From Flavobacteriales bacterium (GTDB lineage Bacteria > Bacteroidota > Bacteroidia > Flavobacteriales > UBA1820), in assembly GCA_028709885.1 (NCBI GenBank), contig JAQUTH010000001.1, forward strand, positions 1 to 51,132: a DNA stretch of 51,132 nucleotides, written 5' to 3'. The position numbers and the translations under genes are program-made. Below, piece by piece: positions 38,421 to 48,956 of this stretch. The first letter of the stretch is position 1. Every line of letters begins with the position of its first letter. Under the pieces are notes generated by a model. It worked only from the letters and a program-made list of their open reading frames with translations, did not search any database and was not told the origin of the DNA.

Positions 38421-39445
38421 CACAACAAGAACGACAAGAAGCCGTAGAAGCCGTCGCCGCACTGGGAAAAGACTTTTCCAAAGGCAATGAAAACGAAGCA
38501 TTAAACGCCGCCATAGCACAAGCATATGCTAAAAATCAGTGGTTTATCCCTGAAAACATACGCCAAAGTGTAGCGCAGTGGGCTAAAATGCTCACCAAAG
38601 AAAACGTAAGCCAATGGGTAGAAGCGTACCCTTTGCCACATGAAAAAAAGACGGTAGGACTTATCTTAGCAGGAAATATTCCACTTGTAGGACTGCACGA
38701 TGTGCTATCGGCGTATCTCAGTGGACACAAAGCAGTGATAAAGCCATCATCGGAAGACACCGTGATGATAAAATACGCAGTGGACTTTCTTAAAAAAACT
38801 GCACCAACATTGTCTGAAAACCTTGAAATAAGCACCTCTCCACTCACAAAACCCGACGCTGTAATAGCCACCGGAACAGATAACACAGTGCGCTATTTTG
38901 AATATTATTTCAAGGACATACCATCTGTTATACGTCATAGCCGAACATCGGTAGCGGTGGTGGAAAAAGACACCACAGATGCTCAACTGTCCCTTTTGGC
39001 AGACGACATAATGTCTTATTTTGGACGCGGATGCCGCAGTGTTAGCATGCTTTATTTGCCACAAGGTTTTCATTTGGACAGTTTGGTGAAAAAATTGGAA
39101 AAATACGCGCATTTTACTTCGTATAATTACTATAAAAACAATTACGATTATCAGCGTGCTATATACACTATGAGCGGTATGGCAGGGGTGTATGACACAG
39201 GTTTTTTACTCCTTTCACCCGAGGAAAAACTGTCTTTTCCAGTCTCAGTGGTGGGATACAAATATTACAGTGATATAGCGGAAGTGAAAAAATATTTAAC
39301 CCAAGAAAAAGAAAAAATACAGTGCGTAAGTGGCAATAAGTCCAACGGTTTCGTACCTTTGGGAATGACACAAAGTCCGCGACTTACTGACTATGCCGAT
39401 GACGTGGATACAATGCGTTTTTTTGTGGAAATAGCAAAAAAATAG
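38417..39445 (+). CDS. Acyl-CoA reductase (LuxC-like) family protein
   Basis: 342-aa ORF whose N-terminal region (...LG...NQWFIPENIRQSV..W...L) and size match the LuxC-like acyl-CoA reductases common in Bacteroidota. Overlaps the NUDIX gene stop by 4 nt. Confidence 0.65.
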   Translation: MTQQERQEAVEAVAALGKDFSKGNENEALNAAIAQAYAKNQWFIPENIRQSVAQWAKMLTKENVSQWVEAYPLPHEKKTVGLILAGNIPLVGLHDVLSAYLSGHKAVIKPSSEDTVMIKYAVDFLKKTAPTLSENLEISTSPLTKPDAVIATGTDNTVRYFEYYFKDIPSVIRHSRTSVAVVEKDTTDAQLSLLADDIMSYFGRGCRSVSMLYLPQGFHLDSLVKKLEKYAHFTSYNYYKNNYDYQRAIYTMSGMAGVYDTGFLLLSPEEKLSFPVSVVGYKYYSDIAEVKKYLTQEKEKIQCVSGNKSNGFVPLGMTQSPRLTDYADDVDTMRFFVEIAKK

Positions 39446-39533
39446 CTTTTTGATGTTAAAATTTCATCATCAATGATTAAATTTGTGTCCTAAAAATGCG
39501 GAATAATTATGCCCTTTTTACATAAAATTTCTG

Positions 39534-39541
39534 TATCTTTG
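39534..39541 (+). promoter_or_regulatory. Putative -7 promoter box (TATCTTTG) for pfkA-gapA
   Basis: Exact TAnnTTTG match 48 nt upstream of the ATG at 39589. A second exact match (TAAATTTG) is at 39478..39485. Confidence 0.5.
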
Positions 39542-39588
39542 CGGTGATTTTAAGAAAAGAAGGAAATATATAAAAAGAATTATTGCAA

Positions 39589-41689
<2,101 letters not shown>

Positions 41690-41709
41690 TCATCCCGATT
41701 ATATAGCAG

Positions 41710-41736
41710 AGCCCGCCTAAAAGGCGGGCTTTTTTA
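41710..41736 (+). terminator. Rho-independent terminator of gapA
   Basis: AGCCCGCC-TAAAA-GGCGGGCT followed by TTTTT. Confidence 0.85.
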
Positions 41737-41856
41737 TTTTAAATATCTTTTTTTGCAGCCTTATATTTATGGTGTGAAAAAAAAGCGTTATTTGTTTGTT
41801 TATTTATTGTGAAATATCATATTTATAGGAAATAATAGATATAAAATAATTAAAAA

Positions 41857-42473
41857 ATGAGTAGTTCAGCTGTGTATAAATATTTGGCAGGTAAACAGAC
41901 AAATGGAGCGCTGTCAAGTTCATCAGATAGAGAAACGGAAATGTCTTATGCTGAAAAAGCCGTACAAGCAAAGAGAGAAGAAGACAATTTAATAAAGAAA
42001 ATAATGTATAAATTAGAAAACCTGTATTCAGGATATTTTACAGGTAATTCTATTAATTATATAAAATTAGAGCCATTTAAAATTATAAGTTTGGTCATTG
42101 TAGAGATGTTTATGTGGATATATCGGGAGAACATATTCCTGCATTATCAGCAAAGAAAAATTTTAACAATGAAGTAGGATATCAAAGTGTTGAAAATTCT
42201 TTTTCTTTGAAAGCTTTAAGTAGAGTTGTGATAACTCTTGGCAATGTTAGAAGGGAGTATTTAGATAATAATAAAGTTAAAGCTGTGGCAGATGATAAAT
42301 ATGATTTTGATATATTTGCTAATGTAATAACTGAAAGGAATATAGGCACATTTTTAGCTGTGGTATTGCATAATATTCCAGTTATTACTCCCTCACTTGT
42401 TTATCAAGCTATTACAGCAGGATGGCAATCATATAAAGTTAATATTAAAGGAATAGCAACAATAAATCCATAA
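41857..42473 (+). pseudogene. Frameshifted ~206-aa ORF of unknown function with weak colicin-M-like (lipid II phosphatase bacteriocin) motifs
   Basis: ORFs 41857..42177 and 42114..42473 overlap. The second frame is open back to 42081 and reads NYKFGHCRDVYVDISGEH upstream of its GTG. One extra A in the A4 run at 42079..42082 would fuse them. Contains DDKYDF, identical to E. coli colicin M residues 225-230. GC about 20-30%. Confidence 0.5.
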
Positions 42474-42518
42474 AATTAGGAGGGCAGTACGTGATATATT
42501 ACGCCAGCACGCCTCGGG

Positions 42519-42830
42519 GTGGAGTATAATTGGAGTTCTTGGCAGGACTATGATGATAAGATGTATGTGGAAAACTGGGAAAATGCTACACGTTTTGTCC
42601 TTATACAAGCGTGGAAGGTGCCTGATGAAATACCAGATGAGCAGGTATATGAAATATTTCTCGGCAGAAAAAAGAATGATAAAGTAAAATATTTTACCTT
42701 TTGCTACTACATAATAGATAAAAAGGAAAATCACATTTACGGTCCTATGACCATGAATCAGTATGCTCAGACAAGGGACTTTCTGGCGGTGCCTGATGAT
42801 GTGAGGATGAAAGTAAAATTGAAACTGTAA
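42519..42830 (+). CDS. Hypothetical 90-103-aa cytoplasmic protein, acidic and Trp/Tyr-rich
   Basis: ORF with a GTG start at 42519 or an ATG at 42561. No signal peptide or TM helix. It follows the frameshifted ORF by 45 nt and shares its terminator. I recognise no family. Confidence 0.45.
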   Translation: MEYNWSSWQDYDDKMYVENWENATRFVLIQAWKVPDEIPDEQVYEIFLGRKKNDKVKYFTFCYYIIDKKENHIYGPMTMNQYAQTRDFLAVPDDVRMKVKLKL

Positions 42831-42833
42831 AAT

Positions 42834-42865
42834 AAAAATCCCGCTACTTTCGTAGCGGGATTTTA
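42834..42865. terminator. Bidirectional terminator between the islet and the S46 peptidase gene
   Basis: AAAAATCCCGCTAC-TTTC-GTAGCGGGATTTT. Confidence 0.85.
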
Positions 42866-42879
42866 TGTGTATAAGAAAA

Positions 42880-45066
42880 TTATTTTCTGTTTTTCTTAGA
42901 TGTTTTCACGTCTTTTGCTTTGGCAGCAGAAGGAGTGTCTATTATGGTCATCTCATCTATGATGTTTTGCGCACCTGCAAATTTATCAATGATGAACATC
43001 ACATAGCGAATATCCACGCTTATGGTGCGTTGAAGAGTAGGCTCAAATTCTATGTCGCCGCTCATGGCTTCCCAGTTACCGTCAAAGGCTATGCCGATGA
43101 GTTCTCCACGTCCGTTCATGATAGGAGAGCCTGAGTTACCGCCTGTTATGTCAAGGTTTGAAAGGAAGCAAGTAACCAATTCTCCTTTGCTGTTGGCGTA
43201 ACGACCGAAGTCTTTTTTAGCATACAAGTCAAGTAGTTTTTCAGGTGCGTCAAACTCTACGTCGCCTTTTTTGTATTTCTGAGCAACACCTTTGAGTGTG
43301 GTCTCGTAGTGATATGTAACACCGTCTTTTGGGTCATAAGGCAATATTTGACCATATGTAACACGCATGGTGAAGTTAGCGTCTGGGTAGAACACTTTTT
43401 TGCCGTCAAATGCTTTTATCAGAGCATAGTGGAAAAGGCGGTCTGCACGGTTAAAATCGTTTTGGATGACGCTCATTTTCTTGCGCAACTCCATATATTT
43501 ATCGGCGTAAGATAGATTTATCTTAATAAGAATATCATCGTTCAGTGCTTTTGGATTTTCTTTTGCCATTTTGATGAAATCATCCGGAGTGAATACAACA
43601 GATTTTTTCATTTTCTCAGCCAAAAGGTTCACATTACCAGCTTTTTTTATCTCATCTTTTAATACAGAAGGAAGAAGACTATCTGGAACGTTGGCAACTA
43701 TGTGTTTCATCAGTTCGGCAGAAAGTTCTTTTTCGGTTTCAATATTTAGACGACTGTAAAGCTCTTTTGTAGGAATGTATTGTTTTTTAGCCTCGGCAGG
43801 CATCTTGTCATTGTTTAGAACCATGGCTATGCTACGAGCTACACCTGCCAACTGAGAACCACTTAACCCAGCCTGAGAAAGGTATTGCATAGCAGCGTCA
43901 GCATCAGCGGTAGAAGAGTAGTATTTCTGCATCACAGCAAAGATGTCTCCGTAGAGCTGACGACGAGCAGAATCTCCGTCTATCCATTTCTGAACCTGAG
44001 CTTCTATTTCGCGTTTTTTGTCAGCAGTTTTGTTTTTTGTCAGAGCGTCTATCATGCCAATGCGGTTTTTCCAATAGTTGGAAGTAGAAGCAAAGGTATT
44101 GGAGTAGTTAATGCGTGTGGCTTGGTCTTGTGCCATAGCTTCGCGCATGATGTCCAGTTTCTTGGCTCTGGCATCTACAAAGGCAGGGTATTCAGTGTTT
44201 ACCAAATAATCTATACCCCATGAAGTGAGGTAACGTTGGGTAGTGCCAGGGAAGCCCATGATGAAAGCAAAGTCTCCTTCTGTTTTTTCGCCTATGTTTA
44301 CAGAAAGGTATTTTTTAGGATGGAAAGGTACGTTTTCCTTGCTATATTCGGCAGGATTGTTGTCCTTGTCGGCGTAAATACGGAACATAGAAAAATCGCA
44401 GGTATGACGAGGCCACATCCAGTTATCTGTTTCTCCACCGAATTTACCGATAGACTGTGGTGGAGTCCCTACTAAACGAACGTCTTTATATATTTGATAT
44501 ACAAATAGATAGTATTCATTGCCTTTGTAAAAACTTTTTACCTGAGCGCTGTATTTTCCGTTTTCGCTGGCTTCTTTTTCTATTTTGCGGGCAAGAGTCT
44601 GGATAGATTCGTAACGCTCATCCTCTGTCATGTTAGCTGTTATGACCTCTTGGATTTTGTTGGTTACGTCCTCCATACGGACGAAAAATTGAACAGAAAG
44701 ACCAGGAGCTGGTAATTCTTCATCGGTACTTTTTGCCCAGAAACCATCGCGAAGATAGTCATGTTCTGTGGTAGAAAGACCTGCTATGGCTGAAAAACCG
44801 CAGTGGTGGTTAGTAAGGACAAGACCGTTTTTAGATACCAATTCTGATGTGCAGCCACCTCCAAAGATAGGCACAGCGTCTTTTAGAGATGAGTTATTGA
44901 TGCTGTATATTTCTTCGGGTGTGAGTTGAAGCCCTTGTTTTTGCATGTCCACGTAGTTAAGACGCTTGATGAACATAGGCAACCACATACCCTCGTCTGC
45001 TTTCAAGCTCTGAGGAGCTATCATAGCCACAGCCAATGAGGCTAAAAGGATAATTTTTTTTACCAT
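42880..45066 (-). CDS. S46 family dipeptidyl-peptidase (DPP7/DPP11 type)
   Basis: Signal peptide MVKKIILLASLAVAMIAPQSLKA followed by the family-typical DEGMWLP. His context LTNHHCGF and Ser context TGGNSGSPIMN. I set the start at Met14 of the listed ORF because a -7 box lies inside the longer extension. Confidence 0.92.
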   Translation of the reverse strand: MVKKIILLASLAVAMIAPQSLKADEGMWLPMFIKRLNYVDMQKQGLQLTPEEIYSINNSSLKDAVPIFGGGCTSELVSKNGLVLTNHHCGFSAIAGLSTTEHDYLRDGFWAKSTDEELPAPGLSVQFFVRMEDVTNKIQEVITANMTEDERYESIQTLARKIEKEASENGKYSAQVKSFYKGNEYYLFVYQIYKDVRLVGTPPQSIGKFGGETDNWMWPRHTCDFSMFRIYADKDNNPAEYSKENVPFHPKKYLSVNIGEKTEGDFAFIMGFPGTTQRYLTSWGIDYLVNTEYPAFVDARAKKLDIMREAMAQDQATRINYSNTFASTSNYWKNRIGMIDALTKNKTADKKREIEAQVQKWIDGDSARRQLYGDIFAVMQKYYSSTADADAAMQYLSQAGLSGSQLAGVARSIAMVLNNDKMPAEAKKQYIPTKELYSRLNIETEKELSAELMKHIVANVPDSLLPSVLKDEIKKAGNVNLLAEKMKKSVVFTPDDFIKMAKENPKALNDDILIKINLSYADKYMELRKKMSVIQNDFNRADRLFHYALIKAFDGKKVFYPDANFTMRVTYGQILPYDPKDGVTYHYETTLKGVAQKYKKGDVEFDAPEKLLDLYAKKDFGRYANSKGELVTCFLSNLDITGGNSGSPIMNGRGELIGIAFDGNWEAMSGDIEFEPTLQRTISVDIRYVMFIIDKFAGAQNIIDEMTIIDTPSAAKAKDVKTSKKNRK

Positions 45067-45102
45067 AGTAATATTGTGTTTTATATTTAATTTTTCCGAG
45101 TA

Positions 45103-45110
45103 CAAATTTA
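45103..45110 (-). promoter_or_regulatory. Putative -7 promoter box (TAAATTTG) for the S46 peptidase gene
   Basis: Exact TAnnTTTG match on the minus strand, 37 nt upstream of the ATG at 45066. Confidence 0.5.
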
Positions 45111-45248
45111 GTGATTTGTTTGTAAAATAAGAACATTATCACACGTCTAATGTTGTGTTTTGCGAATATTTAAAATCATAAAAAGTTAAATGAACCCTAA
45201 AATTCATCACCTGAATGACAAAAATGGATAAATATTAAAATTATTGCA

Positions 45249-45256
45249 TATTTTTG
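45249..45256 (+). promoter_or_regulatory. Putative -7 promoter box (TATTTTTG)
   Basis: Exact TAnnTTTG match 41 nt upstream of the ATG at 45297. Confidence 0.45.
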
Positions 45257-45296
45257 TGGATACCTAAAAGTAATAATAACTTTAAAGCACAAAGAA

Positions 45297-46193
45297 ATGG
45301 AAGAGATAAACAATACACCAGCTCCAAAGCGAAAAAAACGTCCGGCAGCGGTGCTTTTACTCCTTTTAGTCCTATTAGTAGGAGCGGTAGTGTACATATT
45401 TTACAGCAGAAGCCAGTTTACACAGTTGATAGAGCATAATCGTCAAGTGGCATTAGAAGAGCTTACAGCCCTACAAACAGATTATGACACTCTGTACGTA
45501 CAGGACTCAAAATTGAAAATAGAAGTAGACGAAGCGCAACAGCAAATATCACTTTTGCGTGATTCCATGGTCAATTACAAAGCAAACCTATCACTTTTGC
45601 GTTCTTATGAAAAACAGATAAAACGCCTTCGCGAGGAAAAAAGAGAACTTTTTCACGTAGCAGATTCGCTTAACCGACTAAACAAAGTCCTGATAGCTCA
45701 GCGAGATAAAGCCGAAGACTCTCTCCGCAAGACATCATCTCGCAATAAAACGCTGGTAGAAGAAAATGTACGTATGCAGGCGGACATGAAATCCGCATCT
45801 GCTCTTGATGCCCGCAGTGTAGTGGCACAGGCTGTAACTGTGAGCAACACTGGAAAAATAAAAGACACAGACCGCGCTCGCCGTACAGATCAGATACGTG
45901 TTTCTTTCACTCTTGTCAAAAATAATTTTGCCAAAGCAGGAAGCGTAAAAGTATATGTCCGCGTAGTATCACCCGATAAACTCATCGGCATAGAAAAAGG
46001 TAACAACTACTTCGTGGTAGGTAACGAACGTATGCAGTTCAGTGGTGTCAAAGATGTGATGTATGAAAATCAAGACCTTGACGTGGCTGTCTTTGTAGAT
46101 GGAGTAGCGGGAGATTTTGTGGAAGGAAAATACCAAGTCTATGTATATGCCGAAGGCAGACAGATAGGCTCTACTCAAATGCTTCTAAAATAA
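45297..46193 (+). CDS. Membrane-anchored coiled-coil protein with a C-terminal beta-rich domain, function unknown
   Basis: 298-aa ORF. Basic N-terminus plus a TM helix (KRKKRPAAVLLLLLVLLVGAVVYIFY), about 130 aa of heptad-rich sequence, then a beta-strand-like C-terminal ~110 aa. Confidence 0.7.
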   Translation: MEEINNTPAPKRKKRPAAVLLLLLVLLVGAVVYIFYSRSQFTQLIEHNRQVALEELTALQTDYDTLYVQDSKLKIEVDEAQQQISLLRDSMVNYKANLSLLRSYEKQIKRLREEKRELFHVADSLNRLNKVLIAQRDKAEDSLRKTSSRNKTLVEENVRMQADMKSASALDARSVVAQAVTVSNTGKIKDTDRARRTDQIRVSFTLVKNNFAKAGSVKVYVRVVSPDKLIGIEKGNNYFVVGNERMQFSGVKDVMYENQDLDVAVFVDGVAGDFVEGKYQVYVYAEGRQIGSTQMLLK

Positions 46194-46210
46194 TAAAAAT
46201 ATATAAAACT

Positions 46211-46241
46211 AAAAAAGCGCCCCATTCGGGGCGCTTTTTTT
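46211..46241. terminator. Bidirectional terminator
   Basis: AAAAAAGCGCCCC-ATTC-GGGGCGCTTTTTTT between convergent genes. Confidence 0.85.
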
Positions 46242-46258
46242 ATGCGTAAAATAAACTA

Positions 46259-48052
46259 TTATTTTCTGTAAACAGGGCTACATTTTTGCATCAACCAACG
46301 TGCATCTTCGCCTTTTACCAAAGGTAGAACCTTGTCTAAAACGTCAGCATGATAAGCATTTAGCCATTCCAGTTCGCCGTCTGTCATCATCTCTACATCT
46401 ACCAGTTTAGTCTCTATCGGGCAGAGAGTAAGGTGAGAAAATCCGAAGAAAACACCATTTTCATTTTCAAAAGCACGGCGCACAGTAACACAGTTTTCTA
46501 TGCGAATACCAAAACCACCAGCCTTGTAATATCCCGGTTCATCGGAAATGACCATACCTACCTCCAAAGGCACACCACAAGTGATACCTTTGTTGCCAAA
46601 GCTGGCAGGACCCTCGTGTACGTTCATAGCCGCACCCACACCATGACCGGTACCATGACCATAATTAAGACCTTCATGCCAAAGGTTTTGACGAGCTATC
46701 GTGTCTAACTGAGGACCACTGTAACCCTGAGGAAATACCAGTCTTTCCAGTGCTATGTGAGCTTTCAGAACAGCGGTATAAGCCGTTTTTTCCTCTTGCG
46801 AAGGAGTACCAAAATACCACACACGTGTTATATCAGTAGTACCGTCGCTATACTGTCCACCGGTATCTATCAGTATCATGCCACTTCCTTCTATCTTTTT
46901 GGCAGAGCCTTTTTTAGGACTATAATGCACTATGGCACCATTTTCCTTGAAACCGACTATGGCGCCGAAACTCTCGCTTATGTAGCCTTTTTGCTTCTTG
47001 CGTATATCACCTACCAAAGATGCAAGGTCAGCCTCGTCATATCCTTTTTCTTGGGATTCCTCTTCCACACGGCGGAAAAATTCTGTCAGAGCGACAGCAT
47101 CTTTGAGCATAGCGCGGTGTTCACCCTTTATTTCGGCGTTGTTTTTAACGCATTTCATCATAGCAACAGGCGATGTAATGCATTTAACGACAACATCTTT
47201 TGGCAATATCTCACGGTGATATGCTGAAAATTTGGCTGCGTCTATGCAGAGAGTTTTACCCATTTTGCCTTCGCGGAGAAAACGGTCTATTTCATCATAA
47301 GGAAGAACATCTACGGCAATGGATTGGAGGTAGTTTTTTACCTCAGGGTTTAGTTTTTTCTCATCGGTAAAAAGGATAGCGTTCTTAGTAGTTATAACCA
47401 AATAAGCATATGTAACAGGGTTGTAAGCCACATCTCCTCCGCGGATATTAAGCGTGTATGCCACTTCGTCCAATGCGTCTATAACTATTGCATCGGCAGA
47501 TTGTTCTTTTATAAAAGAGCGTATGGCGTTTACTTTATCTACCGCAGATACACCAGCTGTGTGCAGGTCATGCACGTAAATAGGTGTGCAAGGCATATCT
47601 GGACGGTTTTCTACCCATATTTGAGAAGGGTCAAAATCCACAGCGAGAGATATTCCTTTTTGAGCCAATGTGTTTTTTATTTCTTTGGCTGAAAGGACTG
47701 AAAAAACGCGTCCGTCTATGCCCACTTTTGAGCCTTTTGGTAGGTTCTCAGCTATCCAAGATACCCATTCGGCTGCTGTTTGTACTTGCAAAGGATGCAT
47801 GGTATATGGTGTGCCTTCTATTTCTTTGGCGCATTGGAGAAAATATCTTGAATCTACCCATACGCCACCGTGGTCTTTGGTTACTACCACTGTTCCTGCC
47901 GAACCTGTGAAGCCTGATATCCATGCTCTTACTGCAAAACGTGGAGCTGAGTATTCACTCTGGTGAGCGTCTGCTGATGGTATTATCACGGCATCTATGT
48001 TTTTCTTGGTCATCAGTGCGCGAAGGGCTGCTACTTTTTCATTTGTTGTCAT
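46259..48052 (-). CDS. Xaa-Pro aminopeptidase (M24B, aminopeptidase P family)
   Basis: 597-aa ORF with N-terminal creatinase/prolidase-type domains and an M24 catalytic domain carrying HGTGHGVG, EPGYY and IRIEN. Confidence 0.9.
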   Translation of the reverse strand: MTTNEKVAALRALMTKKNIDAVIIPSADAHQSEYSAPRFAVRAWISGFTGSAGTVVVTKDHGGVWVDSRYFLQCAKEIEGTPYTMHPLQVQTAAEWVSWIAENLPKGSKVGIDGRVFSVLSAKEIKNTLAQKGISLAVDFDPSQIWVENRPDMPCTPIYVHDLHTAGVSAVDKVNAIRSFIKEQSADAIVIDALDEVAYTLNIRGGDVAYNPVTYAYLVITTKNAILFTDEKKLNPEVKNYLQSIAVDVLPYDEIDRFLREGKMGKTLCIDAAKFSAYHREILPKDVVVKCITSPVAMMKCVKNNAEIKGEHRAMLKDAVALTEFFRRVEEESQEKGYDEADLASLVGDIRKKQKGYISESFGAIVGFKENGAIVHYSPKKGSAKKIEGSGMILIDTGGQYSDGTTDITRVWYFGTPSQEEKTAYTAVLKAHIALERLVFPQGYSGPQLDTIARQNLWHEGLNYGHGTGHGVGAAMNVHEGPASFGNKGITCGVPLEVGMVISDEPGYYKAGGFGIRIENCVTVRRAFENENGVFFGFSHLTLCPIETKLVDVEMMTDGELEWLNAYHADVLDKVLPLVKGEDARWLMQKCSPVYRK

Positions 48053-48170
48053 GTTTATTACGGTTTTATCATTTTATAAATATGCCATAAAGTTAGTCAA
48101 AATATCCTAAACCAGAGACAGTGTATGTCCGTTTTTTTAGTCTTTATATATACAATGTGTAAAAAAAACG

Positions 48171-48178
48171 TATCTTTG
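48171..48178 (+). promoter_or_regulatory. Putative -7 promoter box (TATCTTTG) for the rhomboid gene
   Basis: Exact TAnnTTTG match 64 nt upstream of the ATG at 48242. Confidence 0.4.
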
Positions 48179-48241
48179 ACATAAAGAAAACTATATGTTG
48201 ACTTTTTGTTGTTTTTTTTGTAAAATTAAAAATTGAGATAT

Positions 48242-48892
48242 ATGCCGGAATTGTCAGTCTTAGCTATTTTCATAATAACGATAGTGATGTCTATTAGAGG
48301 ATTTAACGATGCTTTGTTTTTTCGCAAATATATGTTTGAGGTATCATCTATTCGTTACCGAAAGGAGTATTACAGACTTTTTTCATCAGGCTTTTTACAT
48401 GCTGGGTGGGCGCATTTGCTCTTCAACATGATAACGTTGTATTTCTTTTATTCGGTACCTATGACCATACTGGGGGAAATGCGTTTTCTCATCATTTTTT
48501 TTGTGGGATTAGGCTTTTCGTCGTTGTATAGTTACTGGGTAAATAAAAACGATTATTCATATTCAGCGGTAGGTGCTTCGGGGGCGGTGTCGGCGGTTCT
48601 TTTTTCCGCTATAATACTTAATCCGCACATGACTTTATTTATAATACCTATTCCTTTGCCTATACCAGCTTGGCTTTTTGCGGTGGCTTACATTCTTTTT
48701 AGTAGTTATGGCATGAGAAAAAAGATAGGAAACATAGGACATTCAGCTCACTTGGGTGGTGCGGCGGCTGGTATTTTACTAACGGTAATAATGCACCCTG
48801 AGGTATTTACAGATAGTCCATGGGTGTCTTCGCTGATGATAGTTTTGGTGGTTGTGCTGATGATAAATGAAATGATAAGGCAAAAAAGATAA
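48242..48892 (+). CDS. Rhomboid family intramembrane serine protease
   Basis: About 216 aa from the first ATG (the listed ORF begins at a TTG at 48233). Six TM segments, catalytic Ser context GASGAV, His context HLGGAAAG, and a FLHAGWAHLLFNM motif. Confidence 0.88.
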   Translation: MPELSVLAIFIITIVMSIRGFNDALFFRKYMFEVSSIRYRKEYYRLFSSGFLHAGWAHLLFNMITLYFFYSVPMTILGEMRFLIIFFVGLGFSSLYSYWVNKNDYSYSAVGASGAVSAVLFSAIILNPHMTLFIIPIPLPIPAWLFAVAYILFSSYGMRKKIGNIGHSAHLGGAAAGILLTVIMHPEVFTDSPWVSSLMIVLVVVLMINEMIRQKR

Positions 48893-48911
48893 TGTCAGTT
48901 CTTTAAACTGT

Positions 48912-48938
48912 AAACGGCTCGCCATAGGCGAGCCGTTT
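48912..48938. terminator. Bidirectional terminator; member of the GGCTCGCC palindrome family
   Basis: AAACGGCTCGCC-ATA-GGCGAGCCGTTT followed by TTT. The 19-nt core is the exact reverse complement of the core at 36663..36681. Confidence 0.85.
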
Positions 48939-48956
48939 TTTATGCATTATGTTTTT

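Noticed and set aside
42073-42084. Programmed -1 ribosomal frameshifting at CCA TTT AAA ATT in the islet ORF
   Set aside because: In the zero frame the codons are TTT AAA, which does not form a canonical X XXY YYZ slippery heptamer. I see no convincing downstream stem-loop or pseudoknot. A simple indel in the A4 run is more parsimonious.
45067-45105. 13-codon N-terminal extension of the S46 peptidase ORF
   Set aside because: The extension overlaps an exact -7 box (45103..45110). The internal Met gives a standard signal peptide followed by the family-typical DEGMWLP.
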